In this document: positions 1-7,893 of the stretch, in pieces
How positions within the stretch are numbered: position 1 is the first letter of the stretch
How the letters are laid out: each line of letters begins with the position of its first letter
Assembly (NCBI RefSeq): GCF_002003465.1
Contig: NZ_BDDQ01000040.1
Span: 1-17,359, forward strand
Length of the DNA: 17,359 nt
Direction of reading: 5' to 3'
DNA from: Caenibacillus caldisaponilyticus
Lineage (GTDB): Bacteria > Bacillota > Bacilli > Bacillales > Sporolactobacillaceae
Notes under the pieces: generated by a model
Seen by the model: only the letters and a program-made list of their open reading frames with translations
The model's database searches: none
Told to the model about the DNA's origin: nothing
Made by a program: the position numbers and the translations under genes

Positions 1-352
1 CGAAAAATGGATATCGGGACGCAAATACCTGGATATGTCCGACTATTGGCAGTGGCGGAAAACGAAAGAGTTAGGCGTTCAAACGATGAATCAGGAAGTT
101 TCGGCGATCAAGAAAGTGGGATAATTTCTTCGACGTGTCAAGGAGAACGTGAAATACCTCGGAAGCGAGGAGTTGCCGCGAAAGCGCCTTGACACACCTG
201 TACTTTGACAACAATGATCATTAGTCCGGGAAGGCGACCGGCAGGGAGACTTGCCGGACTTACCTGCCATACGTCAGGTCATCAGGTCCATCTTTCTATC
301 AAAGGGAAATTTACACAATAAAATGGACTTGACCTAATGGGGGAATTAAAAA

Positions 353-577
353 ATGGCATTAAAAAATGAAGTGGCCGTCGTTTTCTCGGATGCGAGGGGG
401 GGTGTTCTTTTTGACACCTTTATAAAACAATATGATCGCATCAGAAATCTATTGACGGCAAGAGGTTATCCACCATCCCATATTGACGCCGCCATCGATC
501 GCTGCGCTCAACAACAGCTACGGTTCTTCGCCGCAGAGGCTTGTTTAAAGGGGCGCCATCTCCATGGAACATCTTGA
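353..577 (+). CDS. hypothetical small protein (74 aa), possibly spurious
   Basis: The ATG has GGGGGA about 8 nt upstream. I recognise no family. The 3' end runs into the -35 box of the next promoter. Confidence 0.3.
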   Translation: MALKNEVAVVFSDARGGVLFDTFIKQYDRIRNLLTARGYPPSHIDAAIDRCAQQQLRFFAAEACLKGRHLHGTS

Positions 578-616
578 CATCGCACACATGAATGATATAT
601 TGGTTGTATGACCAAT
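574..616 (+). promoter_or_regulatory. sigma-A-like promoter plus inverted-repeat operator upstream of the TetR gene
   Basis: TTGACA (574-579), a 16-nt spacer, then an extended -10 TGaTATATT (593-601). A perfect 6-6-6 inverted repeat ATTGGT-tgtatg-ACCAAT (599-616) overlaps the -10 and start-site region. Confidence 0.5.
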
Positions 617-625
617 CAAAAGTGA

Positions 626-1225
626 GTGGAGGACGGAATGAAAACAAGAGAAAAGAATGCGCGGGCCAAATTGATCGAAGCGGCTTATAAGGTGCTTGCC
701 GAAAAGGGGTATGAGAATTGTTCCATAAAGGACATTGCCCGTGAGGCGGGGGTGTCGCCGGGGCTGGTTCATTATTACTTTGCGAACAAAGAAGAACTGT
801 TAGCGGCGGTTGTTAAAGAAGCGACTGATGCGTATTGCCGAGAGATGGAGCATATGCGGGCAACCGTCGCAGGAGACCGGCTGGCCGACGCCGCATTGGC
901 CGAGCCGCTCAAACGGACGAGAGAACATGCGGACTGGTATAAGCTGCGCTACGAGTTGTATGTCCTGGCCTTGCGGAATCCCACGATCCGGTCGGGGGTC
1001 AAAGAGCTGTTCACAAAGGGACGCGAGGGCATCGAAGGAACCGTGCAGGCTGTAGCTGGCAAACCTTTATCCAATGGGGCGGAGCTGTCGGCCATTTTGT
1101 TCGCTTGTTTTGAAGGCCTGGCCTTGCAAGCTTTGATTGATCCGGATTTTGATTTAGAAGGAGCCTACCGGGTTCTGGGTCAAATGGCCAAACAGTTTGT
1201 CCAAACAAAAAGCGAGGGAAAATGA
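626..1225 (+). CDS. TetR/AcrR family transcriptional regulator
   Basis: The N-terminal HTH 'CSIKDIAREAGVSPGLVHYYFANKEELL' is a classic TetR signature. The track start at 626 is GTG; ATG 638, 5 nt after GGAGG (628-632), is the more likely start. Confidence 0.9.
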   Translation: MEDGMKTREKNARAKLIEAAYKVLAEKGYENCSIKDIAREAGVSPGLVHYYFANKEELLAAVVKEATDAYCREMEHMRATVAGDRLADAALAEPLKRTREHADWYKLRYELYVLALRNPTIRSGVKELFTKGREGIEGTVQAVAGKPLSNGAELSAILFACFEGLALQALIDPDFDLEGAYRVLGQMAKQFVQTKSEGK

Positions 1226-1575
1226 TTATGGTTCGCGTCCTCATGCGGTTGGAAGGCTTGTGCGTGGCGCTGCTCAGTGCGGCGGCCTATTACACGCTTC
1301 ATCTAAACTGGGCGGCGTTTTTTGTTTTCCTTCTCGCTCCGGACATCGCGATGGCGGGCTATCGGGTGAATCCCCGCGTAGGGGCGATGGTGTACAATTT
1401 GGCCCACAGTTACTTTCTGCCCACGGGCATCTTGGCGGCCGGATGGTGGCAGCAAAGCCCGCTGCTTTTGCAGGTTGGCTTGATCTGGTCCGCGCATATT
1501 GGATTTGACCGGGCGATGGGCTTTGGGCTGAAATACCCGACCGCTTTTCAGGATACCCATTTTCAAAGGCTGTAG
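1222..1575 (+). CDS. DUF4260-family small membrane protein
   Basis: Hydrophobic 117-aa product with 'LLAPDIAMAGY..YNLAHSY..HIGFDRAMGFGLKYP', which I recognise as DUF4260. ATG 1222 overlaps the TetR stop (ATGA). ATG 1228 has better spacing to GAGGGA (1213-1218). Confidence 0.8.
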   Translation: MIMVRVLMRLEGLCVALLSAAAYYTLHLNWAAFFVFLLAPDIAMAGYRVNPRVGAMVYNLAHSYFLPTGILAAGWWQQSPLLLQVGLIWSAHIGFDRAMGFGLKYPTAFQDTHFQRL

Positions 1576-1661
1576 TTTTCTCTGTTATTGGTTGGTTGTA
1601 CAATCAAACGGATGGTATTCCGTTGTTTCCCATCCTGTGATCGAACGTTGGAGGGCATTCG

Positions 1662-2243
1662 ATGAAGGTGTTGATTATCTACGCTCACCCGAATCCGGAG
1701 AGTTTTAACGCCGCCCTTTTAAAAGCCGTGGAACGCGGGCTGCGAGAAGCCGGTCATGCGTATGCGGTCATCGATCTGTACAAGGACCGTTTTAATCCGG
1801 TTTTGGTGTACAACGACAAAATCCGGCGCCGGGATCTTAAAAACGATCCGGAAACCGCACATTATCGTGAACTCGTGCGGGACGCCGATCATCTCATCTT
1901 CATATTTCCCGTTTGGTGGTATGGCGTCCCGGCGATTTTGAAGGGCTTTTTCGATCGGGTCTTTGCCTCCGGGTTTGCCTATCGTTATGACGGTGCGGTG
2001 CCGAAGGGATTGCTGAAGGGAAAATCGGCGTGGGTGGTCTATACGCTGGACTCGCCCGGATGGTACGTCAGACTGGTTCGCCGAAGCGTGGAATGGACGG
2101 TCATCCGAGATGCGATCCTCAAGTTTTGCGGCATCCGCAAGGTCAGGCGCTTCATGTTTGCCGGCGTCAAGCGGAGCAGCATCAAACGACGTCAAAAGTG
2201 GTTGGCCTACTTGTACCATCAAGCCCGTTTCGGGTTGCGCTAA
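1662..2243 (+). CDS. flavodoxin-like-fold NAD(P)H dehydrogenase (quinone)/oxidoreductase
   Basis: N-terminus 'MKVLIIYAHPNPESFNAALL' and 'LIFIFPVWWYGVPAILKGFFDRV' are typical of the Flavodoxin_2 (NQO/KefG-like) family. GGAGGG lies 7 nt upstream of the ATG. Confidence 0.9.
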   Translation: MKVLIIYAHPNPESFNAALLKAVERGLREAGHAYAVIDLYKDRFNPVLVYNDKIRRRDLKNDPETAHYRELVRDADHLIFIFPVWWYGVPAILKGFFDRVFASGFAYRYDGAVPKGLLKGKSAWVVYTLDSPGWYVRLVRRSVEWTVIRDAILKFCGIRKVRRFMFAGVKRSSIKRRQKWLAYLYHQARFGLR

Positions 2244-2676
2244 ACGGATTGGAGGGGGTTCGGGCATCCTTGCCGTCCGGGAAAAGCACAGCGGCAGCGG
2301 CTGAAAAAATTGCAGGTAAAGATGAAGCGGCCCGAAGACGGAGAGGACGGTGGCGGCCGTGCGGATTTCATCGCTCAGGAAAACCTGCATGCTGGAGCGC
2401 TGCCCGAAAGGAAAAACCGATTGCTCGGTGTCCCGTGTGGGCCGGAGCGGATTTGGTGCTTCCACGACGTTTGTACAGAGAAGAAAGGCGCCGTGGGGAA
2501 ATCCGTACACTTTAGCGGCTTGCCGTGGAAGCGGGCTTGTCGCACGGTCGCCTGGCAGGCCAGTTCTCTGGCGCCTTCATGGTTGTCCGTTTAGGAGGTT
2601 TACGATTTTACTGCAAGGCTTCGGGGCCATGTGCTCTATCAATGAGCGACTTGGCCACAAAAAGAGGAGTTCATTG

Positions 2677-2712
2677 AAAACAGACCAAGACGGGACATCT
2701 TTGGCCTGTTTT
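2677..2712 (-). terminator. rho-independent terminator of the LOG gene
   Basis: About 10-bp imperfect stem (cagaccaaga / tctttggcctg) flanked by AAAA and TTTT, 18 nt past the stop at 2731. The one mismatch is a G-U wobble only in the minus-strand RNA. Confidence 0.5.
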
Positions 2713-2730
2713 GGACATTCAGAATTTGTT

Positions 2731-3297
2731 TTAGCGATAAGTTTTGACGGCGGGCGGTTCGTAGGCGTGAAATCGCTCAAGCAACCGGCTTGGCTCGTCG
2801 TCTACGAGCGCCATAGAACGGTATTGTTCATGTAAAAATTGTTCCTTCGTCATATGATTAAACAGCTCGACAAGGGGATCAAAATAATGGTTAATATTTA
2901 ATAGCCCAATCGGTTTTTGATGGAGCCCCAATTGAGCCCACGTGAACATTTCAAAAAACTCCTCTAACGTTCCCGGTCCGCCCGGCAGAGCAATAAATCC
3001 GTCCGCCAGCTCAGCCATTTTGGCCTTTCGCTCGTGCATGGTATCCACAATCATGAGTTCTGATAAATGTTTGTGGGCGATTTCTCTTTTTTCAAGGAAG
3101 CTTGGCATAATACCGATGACACGCCCGCCTCCCTCTAAAACGGCGTCCGCGACGGCGCCCATCACGCCAACGCTGGCTCCGCCATAGACAAGCGTGAGGT
3201 TCCGTTTTGCCAGTTCTTTGCCAAGTTGTTTGGCGCCTTCTACATAGAGATGAGAGGCCCCGTTGCTGGAGCCGCAAAATACGGCGATCCGTTTCAC
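2731..3297 (-). CDS. yvdD: LOG family (TIGR00730) protein, cytokinin riboside 5'-monophosphate phosphoribohydrolase-like
   Basis: 'VYGGASVGVMG' and 'GFIALPGGPGTLEEFFE' are the LOG PGGxGTxxE signature. AGGAGGGG RBS present. The symbol is by analogy to B. subtilis YvdD, from memory. Confidence 0.9.
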   Translation of the reverse strand: MKRIAVFCGSSNGASHLYVEGAKQLGKELAKRNLTLVYGGASVGVMGAVADAVLEGGGRVIGIMPSFLEKREIAHKHLSELMIVDTMHERKAKMAELADGFIALPGGPGTLEEFFEMFTWAQLGLHQKPIGLLNINHYFDPLVELFNHMTKEQFLHEQYRSMALVDDEPSRLLERFHAYEPPAVKTYR

Positions 3298-3329
3298 ATA
3301 AAATCCCCTCCTAATCTTTCAACGTTTCT

Positions 3330-3358
3330 ATTATATAAAAGTGGCAATAGTCTGTTAA
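3330..3358 (-). promoter_or_regulatory. sigma-A-like promoter for the LOG gene
   Basis: Minus strand reads TTAACA (3358-3353), exactly 17 nt, then TATAAT (3335-3330), about 30 nt upstream of the RBS. Confidence 0.5.
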
Positions 3359-3840
3359 ACTAAAGATGCGGGCATCAAAAAATGTGTCCCATGTTTTCAG
3401 CCGCCGTTTTAAGGCAACAAGGAAAAAAGCCTCTTTGGCCCAATGTCTAATCTTTTGTGCGCGAGTGATGCGGATCGTGCGAAGGCGGCGTTTGCTTGGG
3501 TTTTCCGGCCTTTCGCTTTGCGGTCGGCGATGTTGTCCGGATTTCCGCGGGGTGACGCTTTAACCTTTGCGTCATGCGCGATTCGGCCGGATCGTTCAAA
3601 ATGGCTTAGTTTATGTCCTGCCGGCGCTTCGTGCGAGACCTTGGTAGAGTTTGAGCGCCGGCCGCTATCCGTTTCGCCGCGGCGTTTGACAAAAAGAGAT
3701 CGGCGCCGCTGTTCAAGTCGGGATCGTTCGGCGCGGGAATGGATCCGTCGCTCAAGGCAACTGTTGTTTGACGTTTGAAGGAGTGTCCCGACTGTCCTAT
3801 ACTCTACTATGTTCAGAATTATAATAAGGAGTGAGTCCAC

Positions 3841-4407
3841 ATGGAGATTATGGATTTAATCAAATCCCGCCGTTCCATTGGCGCTGTGGAAGATAGAGAG
3901 GTACCGGACGATGTGATCCGGGAATTATTGGAGGCTGCGATATGGGCGCCGAACCATAAAAAAACGGAGCCTTGGAAATTTCGCGTCGTCAAAGGAGAAG
4001 GGCGCGTAAAATTCGGTGAAGAAATGGCGCGCATTGCGGCGGCCAAGGCTGCGGGCTTGAGCGAAGAAGAAGCGCAAAAGAAGATTGAAAAAGCACGAAA
4101 AGCTCCGCTGAGAGCGCCGGTCATCATCGTCATCGCCACGAGCCCGTCCGGAAAAGTGCCAGAAATAGAAGAAGTGGCGGCGACCGGCTGCGCCTTGCAA
4201 AACCTCTTGCTTGTCGCAACGGAAAAGGGCCTGGCTACAAAAGTAAGAACCGGGGATATGGCGTATGAAAAAGAGCTGCATAAGTTTCTCCAATTAGATG
4301 AGAACGATAAAATTATCGGTTTTGTTTATGTCGGTTATCCGAAAAAAGAATCGGAGATTAAAGCGCAACGGACTCCGGCCGAAGAAAAAACGATTTGGAT
4401 CGGTTGA
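3841..4407 (+). CDS. nitroreductase family protein
   Basis: 'IKSRRSIGAV...', 'EAAIWAPNHKKTEPWKFRVV' and 'ATGCALQNLLL' are nitroreductase-fold motifs. AAGGAG (3826-3831) lies 9 nt upstream of the ATG. Confidence 0.9.
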   Translation: MEIMDLIKSRRSIGAVEDREVPDDVIRELLEAAIWAPNHKKTEPWKFRVVKGEGRVKFGEEMARIAAAKAAGLSEEEAQKKIEKARKAPLRAPVIIVIATSPSGKVPEIEEVAATGCALQNLLLVATEKGLATKVRTGDMAYEKELHKFLQLDENDKIIGFVYVGYPKKESEIKAQRTPAEEKTIWIG

Positions 4408-4422
4408 TGGCTTGGCACAGGG

Positions 4423-4475
4423 GCCCGTCACCTGCAAACGATTTTGCGTTTGCGGTGCGGGCTCTTTTTTATTTT
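4423..4475 (+). terminator. rho-independent terminator of the nitroreductase gene
   Basis: Composite hairpin: outer stem gcccg(t)cacc/ggtgcgggc, inner stem gcaaacg/cgtttgc. It is followed by TCTTTTTTATTTT. Confidence 0.7.
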
Positions 4476-4645
4476 GGCGAAAGCGTTTTTGGATTTGCGG
4501 ATTAAAAATGTAATTACCCAAGATGTTTCGGCGGCTTGAGGTCGAGATAAAGCGGGCGGTTTTTTAAAGGACGGACTGCAGGGAAAGCGTTTGCGGCGTT
4601 ATCTTTAAGCAGGGGCATCATTTTAAATCCTTTACGGGCAAAAGC

Positions 4646-4691
4646 AGCCGTCGAGGCCCTCTACTAATGGCATTACTCGGCGGCTTTTTTA
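4646..4691 (+). terminator. orphan terminator-like hairpin + T-run
   Basis: 10-bp stem agccgtcgag/ctcggcggct (one G-U) followed by TTTTTT. No convincing ORF lies upstream between 4476 and 4645. Confidence 0.45.
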
Positions 4692-4803
4692 TTCATAGAT
4701 TCATCTTTTTCCGAATGGGGCTAGATTGTGCATCCGACCGATATTTCATATGCAAACCAATTTTAAATCGTGCTAAAATAATATACAGTAAGAGTATTTG
4801 TAA

Positions 4804-5064
4804 TGGGGATATGATCGAACGCCACCCGGGATACCGACGGTCAAGACCGTAACCTATAAATCGACTACCGTATCAGGAAAGGCGGAAGCCGGTTCCACCG
4901 TTTACGTCTATAACGGAAGCAAATATCTTGGGAAAGGGACGGCAAACTCCAAAGGAAACTACGTCGTTCACATCAGCAAACAGAAAAAAGGCTCAACCCT
5001 CAAGATTTACGCAAAAGATAAAGCGGGAAATAAGAGCGGTTATCGCTATGTGAAAGTGAAATAG
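4804..5064 (+). pseudogene. C-terminal fragment of an Ig-like-domain cell-surface protein
   Basis: The frame is open only from the stop at 4801-4803: 'PPGIPTVKTVTYKSTTVSGKAEAGSTVYVYNGSKYLGKGTANSKGNYVVHISKQKKGSTLKIYAKDKAGNKSGYRYVKVK*'. This is the repeat pattern of Bacillus bacterial-Ig domains ('VTGKAEAGSTV...KDKAGN'). There is no ATG/GTG/TTG start in frame until the last codons. Confidence 0.6.
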
Positions 5065-5070
5065 TAGAGC

Positions 5071-5100
5071 CAACCTCTCCCAAATGGGAGAGGTTGATTT
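5071..5100 (+). terminator. rho-independent terminator after the Ig-domain fragment
   Basis: Perfect 11-bp stem caacctctccc-aaat-gggagaggttg, 7 nt after the stop, followed by ATTT...TTTTTT. Confidence 0.7.
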
Positions 5101-5151
5101 CTGGCATTTTTTGTCCGGTACGACATTTCTTAATCTACAGGGGGGCCTTCC

Positions 5152-6420
5152 ATGGATGCACGGGTTCAAGAACTGATTGATTTCATTAGGACAAAATTTG
5201 GATTGCACCATTACGATTTAAAAAGGCACCGGTTCGCGCGGCATGTCAATCTCTTTAATCAAACCGTGTACACATTGAGCATGGAATGGTTTCCGGATCC
5301 GATTATCGCACAAGAGGATGAGGATTTAAATCCGGACGGGACCGCGGTGATTGACATCGACGTCAAGAGCCGCAGGGTTCAGAACGTGATTTTTGTTGGC
5401 GGCAAAACTTATGCCCGCGGCGGGATTGCGTTTGCCGGTCTCGATAAAAACGGCATGATCCAGTGGATCGAACAGGAGACAGGATTAACGTACGGGCTGC
5501 ACTTCCAACTGGAAAGGGAAGAACCAGGGGCGTTCAACTTTCAGGCTTGTTTTGACGGCATCCCGGTTTCGCCGCCCGGGTTTATCGAATTGCGCTGGGA
5601 TCCGAACAGAAACCTCACCTTATTTTCCGTCAGCGGTCCGTTTCCTTCTGAAGAAATGGTCCGGGAGGAAAGCTATGCCCTTTCCCTTGAAAAGGTGGAA
5701 CATCTGACGAAGGATCAATTCCGATTGATCGAACTTCCTTCCTATGAAGAGAAGCGGCTCGTTCCCGTCTATGCGTTGGAAGAGCTCTTTGTCACCAATG
5801 ATGGGTCATCGACGCTGCCTTTTGGACTCATTGAAAATGCAGGATCATTTCTGGAAATCGACAACATTCTGTCTTGGAACAAACCGCTTGCGCTTCCATT
5901 TGAAAGCCAAGCATTGAGTTTTACGGAGAACATAACGGCCGAACAAGCCTTCACCGGCGAGCCACATCCCGATTCTTTGCCGATTACCAAGCCTGAGCAA
6001 GAACAGTGCGTGGAGGCGGTTCGCGATTTTCTGCGCCGGGTTTATCCGAATGACAGCGGAAAATGGCGGCTTCATACGCTGCATCGCGAAAACGGATATA
6101 TTCATGCGACATTGAGAGAAAGCCGGCCCGAGGCCCGCGCGCTTCCAAGAAAACTGATCGTCATGATCGATGCGGAACATTTTCAAGCCGTCAATTATAT
6201 GGATAATCAAGCTTTGTTGGAGATTTTCGGTCCATTGCAAGCGCCTGAAAAAGTTAAAATAAAAAAAGAAGAAGCTTATGAAAAAATAAAAGATCGGATT
6301 GAGTTAAAGCCGGTCTACGTTTATGACTTCAAACAAAAACTCTATGTTTTGTGCGGAAAACTTGATTGCGGCGATGTTGTGGATGCGGTGAGCGGCGAAG
6401 TGCTGGCATTGGATGGATGA
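5152..6420 (+). CDS. YcdB/YcdC (DUF4901)-like protein with PepSY-like C-terminal repeat
   Basis: Long clean 422-aa ORF with a G-rich RBS (5139-5146). The C-terminal 'KKEEAYEKIKDRIELKPVYVYD...VDAVSGEVLALDG' resembles a PepSY module. The overall resemblance to Bacillus YcdC-type proteins is from memory. No signal peptide is visible. Confidence 0.8.
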   Translation: MDARVQELIDFIRTKFGLHHYDLKRHRFARHVNLFNQTVYTLSMEWFPDPIIAQEDEDLNPDGTAVIDIDVKSRRVQNVIFVGGKTYARGGIAFAGLDKNGMIQWIEQETGLTYGLHFQLEREEPGAFNFQACFDGIPVSPPGFIELRWDPNRNLTLFSVSGPFPSEEMVREESYALSLEKVEHLTKDQFRLIELPSYEEKRLVPVYALEELFVTNDGSSTLPFGLIENAGSFLEIDNILSWNKPLALPFESQALSFTENITAEQAFTGEPHPDSLPITKPEQEQCVEAVRDFLRRVYPNDSGKWRLHTLHRENGYIHATLRESRPEARALPRKLIVMIDAEHFQAVNYMDNQALLEIFGPLQAPEKVKIKKEEAYEKIKDRIELKPVYVYDFKQKLYVLCGKLDCGDVVDAVSGEVLALDG

Positions 6421-6436
6421 TAGTTGAGAGAAATGA

Positions 6437-6480
6437 AGGCAATCTCCTCCATGTTTGTTGGGAGAGATTGCCTATTTTTA
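6437..6480 (+). terminator. rho-independent terminator
   Basis: 10-bp stem aggcaatctc/gagattgcct followed by ATTTTTA, 17 nt after the stop at 6420. Confidence 0.75.
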
Positions 6481-6547
6481 TGAGAGTAAGCGCCGCGTGA
6501 TCGACAACAATACGGTCCAGACGGTATAGTTCAGATAAGAGGAGTGA

Positions 6548-7138
6548 ATGAGCATGAGCGATATGAAATCCGGGATGACCACAACGCGGGAACGCTTGTT
6601 GGAAACTGCCTGCCAGATTGTCCGCGCGGAAGGGGTCGGCCGTTTGACGCTGGATGCCGTGGCGCGCGCTTCCGGTGTAAGCAAAGGGGGACTGCTCTAT
6701 CATTTCCCTTCAAAAAAGGACTTGATTGCCGGGATGGTGCACTACTTGACGGAGCGGTTCAACGACGGCCTTGAACGGGAACTGCGGAAGGAATCCGAGG
6801 ATTATCCGGCGGGTTCAAGTGCGAATGGACGGTTTGTTCGTTCCTATATTCGCAGCACGTTTGCCGATGCGGAACAGATGGGGGAGATCAGCGCTGCTTT
6901 GCTGGCGGCAGTCGTCACCGATCCGCAACTACTGAATCCGCTGCGGGAACGCCAGCGGGAATGGCAGCGTCGGATCGATGACGACGGATTGGCTCCGGCT
7001 CTGGCGACCGTGTTGCGCCTTGCCGCAGACGGGCTGTGGTTCGCCGACCTGTTCGATCTGGCGCCGCCAAAGGGAGAGCAGCGCGCCCGCGTGCTTGCGC
7101 TGCTTGAGAGATGGGCCGGAGGGGGACAAAAACCGTGA
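6548..7138 (+). CDS. TetR/AcrR family transcriptional regulator
   Basis: HTH 'LTLDAVARASGVSKGGLLYHFPSKKDLI'. ATG 6554 has better spacing to AAGAGGAG (6537-6544) than ATG 6548. The upstream pseudo-palindrome TACgGTCcaGACgGTA (6511-6526) is a possible operator. Confidence 0.9.
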   Translation: MSMSDMKSGMTTTRERLLETACQIVRAEGVGRLTLDAVARASGVSKGGLLYHFPSKKDLIAGMVHYLTERFNDGLERELRKESEDYPAGSSANGRFVRSYIRSTFADAEQMGEISAALLAAVVTDPQLLNPLRERQREWQRRIDDDGLAPALATVLRLAADGLWFADLFDLAPPKGEQRARVLALLERWAGGGQKP

Positions 7139-7461
7139 AATCGTTTCTGTTTTTATTGATAGCCATCGCCAGCGAAGTGGTGGGGACAGCTTCGTTGAAA
7201 GCCTCACAAGGGTTCAGCCGCTTGTGGCCAAGCCTCATCGTCGTCATCGGGTACGGCACGGCCTTTTATTTCTTCTCCTTAAGCTTGAAACATATCCCGC
7301 TGGGTGTCGCCTACGCGATCTGGTCGGGCTTGGGAACGGTCGGTACGGTCATGATCGGTTATTTTGTCTGGCGCGAGACGCTGGACCTTTATCGGGCGAT
7401 CGGCATCGTGCTCATCTTGATCGGCACCGTGATCCTCAATGTTACGAACAACGAGGGATAA
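7135..7461 (+). CDS. SMR (small multidrug resistance) family efflux protein
   Basis: 108 aa with four hydrophobic helices, a TM1 Glu in 'IASEVVGTASLK', and 'AYAIWSGLGTVG'. GTG 7135 overlaps the TetR stop (GTGA). GGAGGGGGA (7118-7126) lies 8 nt upstream. The track start 7111 is probably too early. Confidence 0.9.
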   Translation: MKSFLFLLIAIASEVVGTASLKASQGFSRLWPSLIVVIGYGTAFYFFSLSLKHIPLGVAYAIWSGLGTVGTVMIGYFVWRETLDLYRAIGIVLILIGTVILNVTNNEG

Positions 7462-7464
7462 ACG

Positions 7465-7893
7465 ATGAACAACGTCATGACGACTTTGAAATGGTATTTT
7501 CTCGCGGTCGACGTGGCCTTTATTCTCTATTGGCTGATGACCGTTTTGCATCTCATTCCGCACGAATGGCTCTTTAAAGATTACGATCATCCGGTTCTGG
7601 TTGCCTGGAACTGGTCGTTTTTGCCCTTGGATTTGCTTATTTCGGCAACGGGTTTGATCAGTCTGCGGCAGTACGGGCAAAATCGTTCTTCATGGCGTTC
7701 GACCGCTCTCATTTCCCTTGTATTGACGTTTTGCTCCGGATTGCAAGCGCTCGCTTTTTGGGCGATTCGCCTTGACTTCGATCCTCTTTGGTGGCTACCG
7801 AACGCCTTTCTGCTGATTTACCCGTTGTTTTTTATCCCGAAATTGCTTGTGCCAACGGAGAAAGGGGAAAAATCACGGCCGCGCGCTTTTTAA
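7465..7893 (+). CDS. YvaD-like (DUF5360) integral membrane protein
   Basis: 142-aa Trp-rich polytopic membrane protein starting 3 nt after the SMR stop, with a GAGGGA RBS. As I recall, B. subtilis has a similar yvaD-yvaE(SMR)-yvaF(TetR) neighbourhood. Confidence 0.75.
   Translation: MNNVMTTLKWYFLAVDVAFILYWLMTVLHLIPHEWLFKDYDHPVLVAWNWSFLPLDLLISATGLISLRQYGQNRSSWRSTALISLVLTFCSGLQALAFWAIRLDFDPLWWLPNAFLLIYPLFFIPKLLVPTEKGEKSRPRAF

Noticed and set aside
1-192. Left-edge coding: the track ORF 7-192 versus an open frame 2-124 ('EKWISGRKYLDMSDYWQWRKTKELGVQTMNQEVSAIKKVG*') that could be the 3' end of a gene starting outside the window
   Set aside because: I cannot recognise either product, neither has decisive signals, and the stretch also folds into an RNA-like structure. 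No CDS is called here.
279-285. CUGAUGA on the minus strand followed by a CCUG...CAGG stem, resembling a hammerhead ribozyme core
   Set aside because: The obligatory GAAA element after stem II is missing (UAAG instead), and there is no proper stem I/III geometry.
1719-2510. 263-aa minus-strand ORF, plus the 2030-2515 and 2110-2304 plus-strand ORFs
   Set aside because: They are antisense or out-of-frame shadows of the well-supported NAD(P)H oxidoreductase gene. They have no RBS and a Pro/Arg/Gly-rich composition typical of GC-rich off-frame translation.
6915-7680. Long ORFs 6978-7577 (+), 6915-7259 (-), 6929-7207 (-) and 7279-7680 (-)
   Set aside because: All overlap the TetR/SMR/YvaD-like genes, which have clear family motifs. 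The alternatives are Arg-rich and lack RBSs.
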